DNA of 63,406 nucleotides, the filler included, from Lenisia limosa (lineage: Eukaryota > Protista > Breviatea), in assembly GCA_001655205.1 (NCBI GenBank). It is 8 parts of 8 records of this genome, joined end to end, with 100 filler letters (N's around TTAATTAATTAA, not from the genome) between each part and the next. Parts side by side here need not be neighbours in the genome. Positions count along the whole stretch, not along the records: positions 27,998 to 50,227 come from LPNZ01002320.1; 7 more parts are not named here. One strand, 5' to 3'. The notes beneath the pieces were generated by a model. That model ran no database searches and was not told where the DNA came from. It saw only the letters and a list, made by a program, of their open reading frames with translations. A program made the position numbers and the translations under genes. This document shows, piece by piece, positions 37,101 through 49,543 of this stretch. Within the stretch, counting starts at the first letter, position 1; each line of letters begins with the position of its first letter.

Positions 37101-37720
37101 CAATATCCCTCAGTGTATCTTACATAACAAGCTGTATTTTTTACTAATAGTAAGTCATAAAACCAAAAGGCAAACGTCTATTTCCTCTTATTTTTCACAG
37201 GGCGCTTTTTCTTAGCCTTAGCCTTCCCCTTACCTAAACACATGTTAATTCAGAATCTTCACCATTAATTCATTTGCCGTACAAACCAAGTGTATAGTTA
37301 ACAAATTAATGAAGTGAATTTCTTTGAGTGCACCATGTGCAGATCATTGACAAAGTTAACATGTTAAAACTCTTGTACCGTTATTAATTATGATTATGTA
37401 AAGCCGTTTAATTTCTCAGACTAATGAAAATATATCAAAATATGAACTGACACTGGCACAATGACAGTCCCAATTACGGTAAATTGAACATCTTCTTGGC
37501 TGCTTCATTTGATTTTGATACTGGAAAAGTTTTGTACCATGGGGAATTTTGGCCATTTACCCAAAAATAAAACATTTCCGATTCCCTATTGGATATGATA
37601 ATACTCATTCCCTTTCAGTTTCCTTAGGAGTGGAATGGGAAATTTTCTCGGTTGTTTTGAGGTTCTTAGAACCTCCTTTAACCAAACCTTGAAAATGCAC
37701 TCATCCCCTCCCTCGGAAAT
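28140..37720. mobile_element. Gene-poor cluster of nested, degenerate non-autonomous elements
   Basis: GAGGGACGAACGAGGCATAG-type core recurs at ~28990 (-), ~29500, ~36435 and ~42515, with related flanking sequence at ~37640 (-). 35390-35700 is repeated at 36760-37040, and 29150-29460 at 36500-36800. The AAATATGACATTT motif occurs at ~28872, ~29110 (inverted), ~31300, ~35785 and ~35828. GACACGTCATCGGAATG occurs at ~29768, ~31268 and ~35738. Confidence 0.75.
34820..35357. mobile_element. Foldback element with about 180-bp imperfect inverted arms
   Basis: 34820-35002 is the reverse complement of 35173-35357 (e.g. TTTTGTCACCACAGATCCCAAGTTT / AAACTTGGGATCTGTGGTGACAAAA; GAGCCTATCTTCAC / GTGAAGATAGGCTC). 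Confidence 0.9.
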
Positions 37721-40250
37721 GCACACAATAAGCACAAACAACCAACAACTCTTCAAACTTTTAATTTCTGATACCAAAGTGAGTTTTAGCAGAAGTTCAG
37801 TCAACACACCAGCTCCAATGGCTTTTGAATTTAAAAAATTAAAGTTATTAAAAGAAAGAGGAAAAGAAGGAGCGACAATCAATCCTCTCAGTAACTGGAA
37901 TGAACAATCAAAGTGGGAAAAATGCGAAAATGTTGCCATATTTACAGAAAAATATTGAGAAAAATAAACAGCTGAGATCCTCTCTTGAACAGCAATTGAT
38001 AGATATTTCACAATACTTTTTTCCAAGTCAAAAGAGAAAGGAGATACTTTCATACAGTCACACAAGTTGGGATTTGTTTTTGTCAAAGATTCAACACAAA
38101 GAAACTTAATACTACTTGCCATGAAATAGGAAACCTCATTTTTGATAAAGGAGCCAATTCCTACTGGAGACAACCTGACAGTTTGAAAATGCATCCATCT
38201 ACTTTTCTTCACAGTATTCTTAAGAAAAAAAAGAAAGAAAAAACCTTGTGTACAGAAAACAATACTGATTCATTACAGACCGCAGAATCAAGAGGAAGCT
38301 CAAAGGAGTGAAACAAAGATGGTGAAGGTCCTTCCTTCCAGAAACTGACACAGCTCTTTCCAGGGCAATATGAATAGAAGCTCAAACTATTTGAAACAAA
38401 CCTCGTATTGGAAAAAGGAGAACAACTAAACTGTTCCTTAAATCCAGTGAGAACATTCCACTTGTATGAATAAGGTTCAACACCACCACCACCAATAAGA
38501 GCACATCCAGAAAAAGATATTTTTGGGGCTTTCGTCCTCAAAATGGAAAAAGGTTTTGACAATAACCTCAGATCAAATATCAAGTTAATGCCAATAGCTA
38601 ACTCTACTCAATCCATCAGAGTCTTGGACTGCAAAAAGCTGGTTTGGAATCTGAGATTCTTCGACACTGGTAATGCGATGTGGAAACGTAAAGTTAGAAG
38701 CAATTAACGAGCCCAATCGTTTATCCAGCCATAATAAAAGACAAAATACAATCAAACACAGCTGCTTAGAGTAGGCAGAAGCAATAACGTTTGCTCCAAC
38801 CCAATTTAAACATGATGAACAATCCTTATATTCAGCAACTTTTGAATAAAAACTAAAACCTGTCTTAAAAGTATTTGCGCATATCAATTTAATGCCACCC
38901 TCCTTAAAAGCAATGGCAAAGTCATCTAATAAAACTAAACCATACTACCCTTCAAAGCTGCATCCAGAATGATACTATCTTCATGAAAACACTTCAAACA
39001 TACATTTTCTTGGAAATTGAAAACAGAAAAAACAAAATAAAGATTAATTAATTACGTTTACCAAGAAAAACAATCAGAAGTGAATTATTGACAATTAAAA
39101 AATCAACACTTTGTGGAAATTTGAGAAAAGTCATCTGCCGCAAGCAGAAGCACACAACCAGCACACAACCTGACTGCAACTGGGAAGCTGCTGGCAAGCC
39201 GCTGCTCGGTCATAAGGGGGGTGCGGCGGCGGGAGATACATGATTTTGATGGCTTATTTCTGCTTATTTTCAGAGTTGATAGGCATAATGAAGAATTTTT
39301 TGACACTTTTTAATATGTTATATGATGACTAAAAGTGGTATTGTTTCTTGGCGAGTTTTGGAATCCAAAAAAGGTGACTTGGGATTGATGAATGACGTTG
39401 ACTATGTTTGCAATTGTTAGTCATTGTTTTCTGGAATTTATGCCACTAACACAACATTTACATCTGTTTATTTGATATCGTAGGGAGAAGAGCGCTAAAG
39501 GCGAGATTTGACACTCTTTTTCCCTGTGATTCTGACTGTGTATGCTTCCTCTCGGTCTTATCTATCTATATGGAGTATTATTCTGAATAATTATGTTATA
39601 TGCGTTTTCAAAAACCTCATTGGTCCCCAGCGCTGCCTCCCCACTCTGCTTTCCTGATCATGAACAATCTTTCATCCGGTTTCCGTAAACATGGATGGTG
39701 CAGACAAAGACGAAATCGTACAATGTGGTGGGTGCAGCCAACTCGCTGCTTGCCCTTTGACAGGCTCTCTTCAGAGAACAGGTGGTTTAATTCCTGAGTT
39801 ATGAAGAGTAGTTCCTCGGGACACTAAGGGTCCAAAGGCGACCTCGGCTTGTCAAGAGGTCTCACTAAAGAGTGTGTAAAAGTGCTTTGGAATATTGACC
39901 AAAATCAAAAAACAAAGCCAAACATACAGGTTACTCGACGTTAATCGCGGGCTGGTACCCTCGGGCGACCTGTCGAGCACTCATGAAGCGGGATGGAGCA
40001 CTCAACTGTGCACGTGGCTCGATCTCAGTGCCATCGCCCTTCAGCAGCTTCTCATCTAGGGGACTGTGGCAGTAAATACTGGAGTCACTAGTCACAAAAT
40101 GCCATCCCTTGGAGGGGGTAATGCGGAAATGGTGGGCACGGACAAGCTTCCCAAGGTTTGCCACGAACACTGGCAAGGTTGGCATGGGGAAGCGAAGTCG
40201 AGGGATGATGACATGCAGGCGGCATGCTGCAATCTGGTCCATTGCTAAAT
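37720..40250 (-). mobile_element. Possible highly decayed DIRS/Ngaro-like retroelement pol (RT-RNase H-MT) relic
   Basis: Intronless broken frames contain FITQELNHLFSEESL (~39800), VLLDDFAIAF (38915-38935) followed by TGFSF...LNWVGANV, then SFYSYCPGKSCVSF and SRWMHFQTVRLSP. The order fits DIRS pol but similarity is weak. Confidence 0.28.
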
Positions 40251-40347
40251 GGCGAACTCCAAAATTGGAATCCTAAATGTGTGAGTTTGGTAAGAAAATC
40301 AGTATCCCCCTCATTAGTACATTTGAAATTAAAGTCGAAAAATGCAC

Positions 40348-41325
40348 TCAGTGACTGTTACAAAAATTAGTAACATTTACCCCTCCCCCTCCAACAGAGA
40401 GAAACTGGCAAACGATTTTTTCAGCATTTGAACTGAGCTTTCTGCGTTCATCATCACCGAGACCACGGGCATCGGACACCCGGAAAATGTTGGAAACCGC
40501 TTCAACCCACTCAGCAGCCTTCTTCTGTAGCAGTCTTTCTGTCACTGGGAGTTCCTGGATTGCAGTAACTACGGCAGGACAAAACCACTTCTTGGCAACC
40601 GGTACCGACTGCTTGTCTTGGCTGAAGTTTGAGGAAGATAAGTCGCAGAGACCACGTGCAGCAAGAGCAATGAAGAATTTGTGGAACACATGTTCAGTGC
40701 GCATGACAGCGTGTCGAGCTCTTTTTAGAAGATGTGCCGCATCTTGAACGGCGAGAACATAAGCCCACCGACCACAAGGGTATTGCTGTTTATTAGGCGA
40801 GATCGGGGGTAGGCGAAGGCATTCTTCTGGTAACTCGATATTACTCTTGGGGTCAAGGGGGTAGGCGACTTTGGTTCTACGGCCACTGCCAGTCGTATTC
40901 GTAGTCATTCTGGCGACGACAATGGAGGATGCAGCATCTTTAAGGTCACTTTCCTTGATAAACTCAAGCTCAATGACGATCCCTCCAGCTTCTATCAGCT
41001 TTGCTTTGCATATTGTGGGAAAGACATATTTATACCACTGGTCCTGCAGCTCTGGTGCCTTCAGTTGCTGTCCCATTGCTGTGGTTGCTACCTTGCCCTT
41101 GAGGTCATCAACTATCACGGCCACAACGGAGGCCGGTTGGCAGAGAAGCCCAAGGCTAATATCGTAGAGTGACATGACCACGTCCCTGGGCGTCCGAAAC
41201 TGTTGGCCACGATCGGTGCCGTTAGCGGAGCGGATTACCACTCTTGGAGTTGAAGGGCTATTGGTGAAGTGCTTCAGTGAGTTTAGGTGTTGGTCAAGGA
41301 ATTTCAGCATTGAAATAACCAACAA
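40348..41325 (-). CDS. Intronless 325-codon ORF of unknown function (gag-like position upstream of the putative pol relic)
   Basis: Uninterrupted, non-low-complexity ORF with higher GC than its flanks, unlike the intron-rich host genes. Confidence 0.5.
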   Translation of the reverse strand: MLVISMLKFLDQHLNSLKHFTNSPSTPRVVIRSANGTDRGQQFRTPRDVVMSLYDISLGLLCQPASVVAVIVDDLKGKVATTAMGQQLKAPELQDQWYKYVFPTICKAKLIEAGGIVIELEFIKESDLKDAASSIVVARMTTNTTGSGRRTKVAYPLDPKSNIELPEECLRLPPISPNKQQYPCGRWAYVLAVQDAAHLLKRARHAVMRTEHVFHKFFIALAARGLCDLSSSNFSQDKQSVPVAKKWFCPAVVTAIQELPVTERLLQKKAAEWVEAVSNIFRVSDARGLGDDERRKLSSNAEKIVCQFLSVGGGGVNVTNFCNSH

Positions 41326-44300
41326 AAGTCTATCTGGTGTTCAATTTACCGTTAAGAGAAATAATATGTATACTAGTATATATATACTATGTCATATAAC
41401 ATTAGAACTACATTTAATTTCATGTAGGTAAATTGATCACTAGATGGGGATCCGAGGTGACACTGCCCTAGAAGTTCAGCCAAAAATCATGTCCTTTTTG
41501 CGATCTTTATGCATTATATACATATCACAACAAATTTAGGCAGTGGCTGGGATCCGCTTTGAGACACTTCATTAGTACGTTTATGTTACCATGTGTTTGA
41601 ACGCTCATAACCCACTCACTCGGGTTATGCACTGCACTTCGGAATTCACAAGGATGGGTAGTTATCTCAGGATGGGGTTGACGCGAGATTCTCCTGTGAG
41701 GTTTGTCGTTGTAGTAGTGTCATAGTCTAAAATGTCATTGAGGTTAAACATATAACGAGTCACTCAAAAAAAATAATCTGAAGAACACCAAGAAATAAGC
41801 ACACAGAAGTGATGATTTTGATAATTCGGAAATAACACCAGTTATATCATGCATGTATCAATCACGTAGAACCTTGACAGCTGGGTCACGGTCTTTTGAT
41901 ATCTGAAAAATTATGATGTATTAAACGTGCTTTAAAATGCAACACAAGGTTTACTGTGAAATAGTAATTTCATAGACGACATGTCCAACCATACCACGAT
42001 GTAGAGGAATTCAGGGTGGCTAAGATCAAACGTATTTTTGATCGAGGTATTTTTGGGTAATGGCGATAACACAGTCAGCAACCTGTAGACAGATCACTTT
42101 AAGTCTTTATAATATTTTTTATCAATGTTCTGACTCTACTTAATATTCAGGAATATGTACAGCTGTACTTAGATACTGGAAACAAATGTATTGAGAAGTG
42201 TATTCAGATCTAATATATGTTTTATCAGCACATCTGCAATTTGGACTTATCAAGTGTAAATAAAATTGACAAATGTGGGTTGGGACTGACAGAGAATTTA
42301 AACCGCTGACCTCAAATACTCCTTATGGTTTGAGACGCCCAACCAACCCCATGTGTTCAGCAGCGTTAGGCTTAACAAATTTGGGTTGAAACGTCCTCGT
42401 CTTGCGACTCCATACCTGGTCCCCCATTATAACCTGGAAATAAACTTGGACCNNNNNNNNNNGGTGCATGTTCTGGAATGGTATGGGCATTTTCTTGGAT
42501 TTCGGAGGTTACGCAAGACGAAGGAGGCATAGCCAAGTGAGAACCAAGAAACCTCCTTAAGCCAACCTCGAAAATACACCTCGCAATCTCTCTCTTTTTT
42601 TATGGAAAAATAGGACCTCAGGCACATTTAGAATTGCAATTATTGAGAAAAATAAAACCCTCACTCAATTTTCCTCTATTATAGTAACAAAAACAGAAAT
42701 ACCAAAAGTAAGGCACACTAACTCAATTTCCAATCTCCCTTTTTAGGTGAAAGAGACGTCAGTATTTGATATTATATCTTGTCTTGTCAGATTGGATCAA
42801 GTTTCTTCACTGAATGAATTTGTCTTTAAAAACAGGTGCTGAATCTTTTGCTTATTTGACTTCAAGATGGGGTTTTTTTTTAATACTCGACCGTCTCACA
42901 AGCTGTATTAATATACATCTATATATAACTGTATTCTTTGTTCAACAGGTCTTTGTAATGACTGCAGACCAGGTGCTGAATTGGTATTGAGAAGACGGAC
43001 AAATTTGGCATGATTGGGGAGACCACAGAGGGGAGGGATAATTTCATCACCCCCACCCCCTATGATAAAAAACAAAGAAATGAAGATGAGTGTCACCCCA
43101 GTATAAAAAGATGTCAAAAAGGGACCAATTCGAAAAATAAAACATCAATCTAGTATAGAATAGTAAATGCTCAAGGTTCTAAATTATGTCGCTAAACCAT
43201 GTCGCTAAACCGAGATTGGAAAGATTAGGTTCCTGAAGCAGAAACAATTGCCCCCAGTGAAATACATTCAGTAGACGTGGGAAGAAGGAAGAGAGGGACT
43301 TCAAAAAGGCAATGGAGCATAGTAACTCTTTAATAGTAACTCTTTAATATTTTACTGACATTTAAACAAGTAAACTTAAGGGACATCGCATGAAAAGAGA
43401 ATCATCCAGAATCCAAACTCAACATTTATTCAAAGCAAGTTCTGCTGCTCTGTTCTTGGCAGTTCTTTTGTGGAAAGGAAACTGGGGGGTTCCATTCTGA
43501 TCAAAAGATCATTTTCCCCGATTTTATCCGATTTTTTTCTTCTTTTTGATCAAAATTGCTTTGTTTTGATGTTATTGATAGTCTAGTGCAAAAAACTGCC
43601 GAAATTTACCCTACAAATGGTGTTATTGAAGCGATTTATGTCGATTTTCGGCTTGTTCGCGTTTTTGAACACCAACCTACATGTATTTTTCACTCAAGGT
43701 GCAAAAACGTGTTACTTTGAATAATATGCACAAGAATTACTTCAAATGGTGTGTTTGGAAACGGTTCCAACCAACCTCTCCAAGGCTATCGTCACTAAAA
43801 AAACTTCATCGTCTTCATCAAAATTGTCGTTATCATGGTAAAGACCTCTTCTTTTTCTTCTTCTTCATCATCATCACCACAATCTTCTTCAATGTAGTCT
43901 TCATCGTCATCTTCGTCGATGTCTTCAACTCGGGAGTTCGGGTGAGTATAAGTTGTGTTTCTCTAAACCACTTAAGAGAATCAATGCCCTTCTTCCTGAC
44001 AATGCTTTCAATGCTGACATAAACTGTTGCTGTGTTTATCTGGTAACTTGAGGATCGAAGGCTTCCATTGATGGCCATTTCAAAGTGAAGCGGGTGTTCT
44101 TCCCTCTTCAAGATATAAGACGTGATAAACGCAACAACATCAACGCAAAAGGACGCACTTTCCACATAGGTTCAACCACGACACTAACATTAATGTTACA
44201 CCAAGGGATTGGTTTTTATTCAAGTATTCATGATGAACTGATTTGGCAACGACGTTGAGGAAATCACTTGAGATTGGTTCATTGGGACACGACAGCGACA

Positions 44301-46054
44301 GTACTTGGCCTGAAAATAGATGGCGCTCAACCTTCTAGGCTGGCGACTTGCTTTAAAAGAGTAGGAGGGCATGGGGGTTGAGAAGAAGCGTTGGCCATGA
44401 GGCTGCGTTGATTGGCCCCCTAGTGCAGATCTTGGTTGTAGTAACAAATATTCAAATGAGAACTTTGAAGGAGAAAGGTTTTGTGTGACCAGCATACACC
44501 TGTTACAATACTCTCCTCCTCCTGCCTTCTTTTCCATACTTCTTCATTCTGTCTTTTCTTCATTTACTTTGCATACATCTTTTAGTTTGCTTTCTCCCTG
44601 TTCTCTTCATTTAAGTGTTGTATCTAAATAACTCTTCTACAAGCTTTTAGCACCTTTTGCTTAGGCCCGCTTTAAAATTACGTAATGAATCTGATTTAGC
44701 GTCCCATTATCTATGCAAAATAATGTACCTAAAGCACTTCCGAGATAACTCTCATTTGAAACCCTGCTTTAACCCTGCTATAAATACATATGTTTGGAAA
44801 AACTGTGAAATTTGGAACCACCCACTAGACGTTGGCAATAAAGTGTGTAAATTTTGAAAAGGACCGATTTACATACGGTCAATCTGCTCAAGTTTTGTTG
44901 CATTATTTTTTGAATTTTGAAGTAGTATGAGAATTGCTACAACTTCTACCGTTTGCCCCCGACTCTTATATCTAAAAACATTCCCATAACATATGAAATA
45001 TCAGAGTCGTATGTATAATTTAGTGAACGATAGGAACCAAAAGCCTTTTAGACTCCTAGCTAAAGACAACCAATCGAAATATTGTTGCTGTTGATTTGAA
45101 TAAGCTTAATGCCTTCATACGACATAGACAAATCAACACAGGTATCTTTGAATGACATATTAAAAAATATAAAAACTGTAAGAGGATTACTGCAGTTTTG
45201 CATTTTCTGATGAAAGCGTTTGAAAAACTCTGAGGAGTTCTTTCCAATACAAACCATTTGAGAAGTAACTACCACTCCTGAAATAAATAAACTAAAGCCA
45301 TACCTGCAGCATCGCAACAACGAAAAGCAGAAAGATCAGTATAATCACAAAAAAGACATGAAACTTCATGAGAAAACATAACAAACCAGACCAAAGTCGT
45401 AACCACGCCCTTTGAGACAACTGCTGGATATAAGATCCAAGTATAGATGCTAAATCCAATTTGCTCGGGTAACTAAATATAAGAACTTTGTGGTAATTAT
45501 TCATAATACTGTGCGTCTTTAAAAACCTTTTTGCCGCTCGACAATCAGCTGTGTTAACAATAAAAATAACAATTTTTCCCGATCGTTCCAAAGAAACAGT
45601 TATTTGTAAAAGAAGTCTGAAGATCATCCAACTCCTCTGATGAAAATATATATGCTTTCTCATTTAAACATATGCCAAACAGAAACGAATCATTAAGAAA
45701 TATTGAGGAATATTCGAATAAAAGTTAGAATAAACCAAGCTGATGAAGCCTTCCTTCAGGAGAAAAAACAGTAATATGACGATCAAACCCAGCTTTACTC
45801 ATTGTAAATGGATAAGAGGATAAAACTGAGATAAAGGAATAAAGATAAAAAAAGGTAAGGGGACTGTAACCAAGGGCAACCAAGGGGCTGAAACTGACAT
45901 ACCTGGCCCCCCATTATAACCTGGAAATAAACTTGGANNNNNNNNNNTTCGCTTCCTCTCTCCTTCCTTCTTCCCCCCTCCTTTCTTTCTCTATTTTGTT
46001 ATTGTACCACTGTTCTCCCTTGAGTCTTCAGCTATCACTTGCATTGCACAAACA

Positions 46055-46800
46055 ATGGATGATCTATACGAATTAGAGGATGAGCTGGTTGAAGAAAGGA
46101 ACCCTTATCCTTGTTTTCTACGATTGGCTGAACAATCGGAAAATCATTTCCACATTCCTTACACTTTTCGTGGAGGTGAGCTACGCTGTGGTGATGAAAC
46201 CATCCGTTTCTTTCGAGAGGAGATGAGCAAGCGCCAGGCAAGATGGGTGAGCAATATAACCTGTGATATTATTTGTTTATCTTAATATTTTATAGGAGCA
46301 GTTACCCCCTCCAATACAAAGGACCCATCAAGGTCACTTCTCACTTTGTCAGATTGGTACACTGAGTACAGATTCCTTTGTTGCTGTTGTGGCTGCCTGT
46401 GTATGATAGATTCTTGCTGAATCATTCCGTTCCAGGTTCCAATGACATAATCTTTCGGAAAATTTTCTCTTCAATTTTTTTGGAGAGCCCTGATATAGCT
46501 GAAGCACTTATGGTAGGTTTATTAATCCAGTCGTGCTATATCTTCCTTCCAGGTCCAACGTGAACGACTTATTTTTCTTGGCGCCACTCTTGGGTTTGCC
46601 ATGAATATGGCCATCTGATAGAGAGTGTGATTGAACTTTTTTCAGTAGTCTAACTGATTAGGTTATCTTATTTCTAGTATGAGAGCAACAATTTGGTCTT
46701 CACCCAAAGTACTTGGCCACAAGGACAGTAAATACACTGCATCAATAGTATCAGACGAAAAGTGGGTTTGGATTTGTCGCTACTTTTTCATCATGTAGTA
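46055..46800 (+). CDS. Hypothetical multi-exon protein
   Basis: ATG at 46055 (MDDLYELEDELVEERNPYPCFLRL...) followed by GT-AG exons encoding GSNDIIFRKIFSSIFLESPDIAEALM-VQRERLIFLGATLG. Confidence 0.4.
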
Positions 46801-48074
46801 TACCTTTTGCATTTTTAAACTCAAAATATCCTGAAAACCAGGAAAATGTGGTTGGAAGAATATGGTAATATTTAATCTCGCTTGACTGATATTTGGAGTC
46901 TGATATCATAACATACAATTATCGATATGTGACCATTGTAAGTCTTGACCAGAAAAGTCTCATTTCCCTTCAGATAATTTATAACTTAGTCGCAAAACTA
47001 TTCATTTCAAATTTTAGACGAATCAACTTATGAGTTTATTAACCGTATATCAAATAACAAAGTGTCTGGATCCTTTGGTGAGTTTTTTAAAAGAGTAATG
47101 TTGGTAGATTTTAAAACAATGAAAGCAACTGGTGGGGCATCTTTTGAAGAAGGTTTGCAATGACAATCATATTATAAGCATTATCTCACTCCTTATCTGG
47201 ACCAATGAGTGTTTATAACCGAACTCAAAAGGTCCGAGACAATTTGGACAAATTTGCAGCCAATGTAACTGCTCTACTTTTATTAATGGATTTAGATGCC
47301 GGCGGATAATATTTATAAAAAAACGAGGGGGGATGCCCAGATACCATTTGTGATTGCATCAATTGAGCCTAATGGTTCAAGAACCCGGTATTCAAGCGTT
47401 GGAGCGGTAGTACTAGCTCAACATGTTCTCTTTTTACTGAATGTCGTTTGTGCAATAACGCCAACGGAAATGGGACTCCAGGCCAGTCCCAGGCCTCCAT
47501 AACTTTTTTGGTGTTCTTAATTCATTTCCAAGTGTGTCATCTTAAAAATTTTATCGATGGACTATATGGAAGGCCTCCCTGAAGAAGGACCGTTTCATTG
47601 GACTCTTCAGCATCTTCAACTTGCGACTTCTCGCCTTCTATCTCTCAAAGTAACTTTCCCTCGGCTCACCGTCCAGAAACACAAGGTTTCCAATCCATTG
47701 CTTCTCAAGGATATCAACGAAAAGACTTATCATGAGCTTAGTCTGTCGGAGGCGTCATGTCAAGCGATAGCCTTTCTTGGTACGTTTTCTTGTTCTTATA
47801 TTCCAGACCTTGATGACCTCCCTGATGTAGAAACACCTGTTGGCGAACTTGCGTGGTGTTATTATTCACATAATCGTCAAGATATTACAAGTTGACTCTC
47901 ATTTTATTATTATACTTTAGAATCTGGTGAGTATGTTGCCATTAGGATAGGCGACAGTATAATGAAGATTTCATGTTCGGATGAAACTCTTAAAGTTATC
48001 GAGAGATCTCATAAAGTTTTAAATGGAACTAAACGAATCAGTGAAATTATGTCTACGCAAGATCGTAATTATAG

Positions 48075-49543
48075 AGACGAAATTACATTGGACAATTTGC
48101 CAAGAACTCAGCTCGTCAGTATGAGCAGAGTAAGACCTCTTAATTTTATGCTCCCAATTTAGGCATAGATTTTACTCCATTAAATACGAAGGAATAACGA
48201 CTTTAGTTCCTGGGGCTTGCATCCTATGGAACTGACGCGTTTTTGCGGTTCCAGCTACGTCACAAAGTCAGACGTATCAAGGTGGATGATAGGGTTGGGG
48301 AGGAATGGGGGGGGGTGATGATAATTGATCGCGTTGGCTAATTACTGCAGCTGCATCATGAGTCATTTTTACACTTCTCTAGATGATAATTTTCGAGGGA
48401 GTTGACTCGTTTCCTTTAGTGAGCTTCAAGCTGCTAATAGGGCAAGAGGAATGAACTTCGAATCACAACGAGGTTAGTGCTGAAGGGACCTTTTTGGGGG
48501 ATATGCGTCTCGTGAAAATACCTTCTCAAAACCTAGGACGGGCCGTGCTCAGACGGCAACTCCTTGAGTGGTTGGACCTGAGTCAAGCATGTGTCTCCAT
48601 CTCATTACTACTGCTCTCCAGAATTTTTACGTTTAGCAGGTAACAACAGTGTGAGATTCTTTGAATAATGGTTTTCCATATTGGTAGTATATTATATGAT
48701 ATCATATAGTATTGTTTATTTCCGCTGTCTTTTGTTAATTAAATGGTGTAGAATTTGTATTCTAATAAATTACCCCTCCCCCCAGCATCTACACCAACAA
48801 CCAGGAGGAGGAGTTGCGTGTAACATTAAGTGGAATGTCGCGTGAAGTTATTGAAGAAGTTGAGGCTGAAGTAGCCAAAAACCAGGTCAAAACTACCTAC
48901 AAGAATTCTATTTGTTGGTGGGGTGCTTTCTTTGCGCATTCTCTCCTAAATCCATCTATTTGAAGTCTACTTTTAGAATATATCATATAATATGGAAAAT
49001 ATAAACTGGTTGATTCACACAATCGTGTTAAATACTTGTTTTAGTTACAATTACTGTCATTTCAGTGACAAATTCGGCATCAGTCTCATTTTCTATTCTA
49101 ATTGTGAAATTTAGCAATTTCGGAGCGAATGCTGACATCTGTACTCAATCAGACCCAGCTTATTGAGCAAGAAGCGCAGGACAAATACCTCACTGATCTA
49201 CACAAGGTCTGAACCTTGAAAATATGCGATATGCGTTTGGCTCCCACCTCTAGTGTTTTTACACTTTTAGGACACATATGTTAACTTCACTGTTCCTTCC
49301 ATTACAAGTACAGAAAATGAATGTAAGTCTATCTTACCGCCAATGACTTGAATTATTTTCCGAATGTCTTATTGGATTATTCAGTTGGATTTACGAATTA
49401 CCACATGCATGTTTTGATTCTCTAGTAAAAATACCCACAGCTGATGAGCACCTAAACCCTCCGAATCTGAGCGGATCAAAGCAAAAGATCTGGCTGAGGC
49501 AGAGGAGGCAGTCTTGATCCTGGCATCAGAAAGCGCTGTAAAG
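48075..49543 (+). CDS. LETM1: LETM1/Mdm38-family protein, ribosome-binding and C-terminal exons; N-terminal half not recognisable; 1-nt frameshift near 48410
   Basis: RDEITLDNLPRTQLVSMSR-FLGLASYGTDAFLRFQLRHKVRRIKVDDR-MIIFEGVDS(L)SFSELQAANRARGM...LRRQLLEWLDLS...SLLLLSR...VLILASESAV matches LETM1 motifs in order. Confidence 0.85.

Noticed and set aside
43800-44560. ORF fragments with an acidic tract on the minus strand
   Set aside because: Stops in every frame and no recognisable motif; probably decayed TE sequence.
42414-45937. Shared CATACCTGG.CCCCCATTATAACCTGGAAATAAACTTGGA at ~42414-42452 and ~45898-45937
   Set aside because: A real repeat end, but both copies run into N gaps, so the element cannot be characterised.
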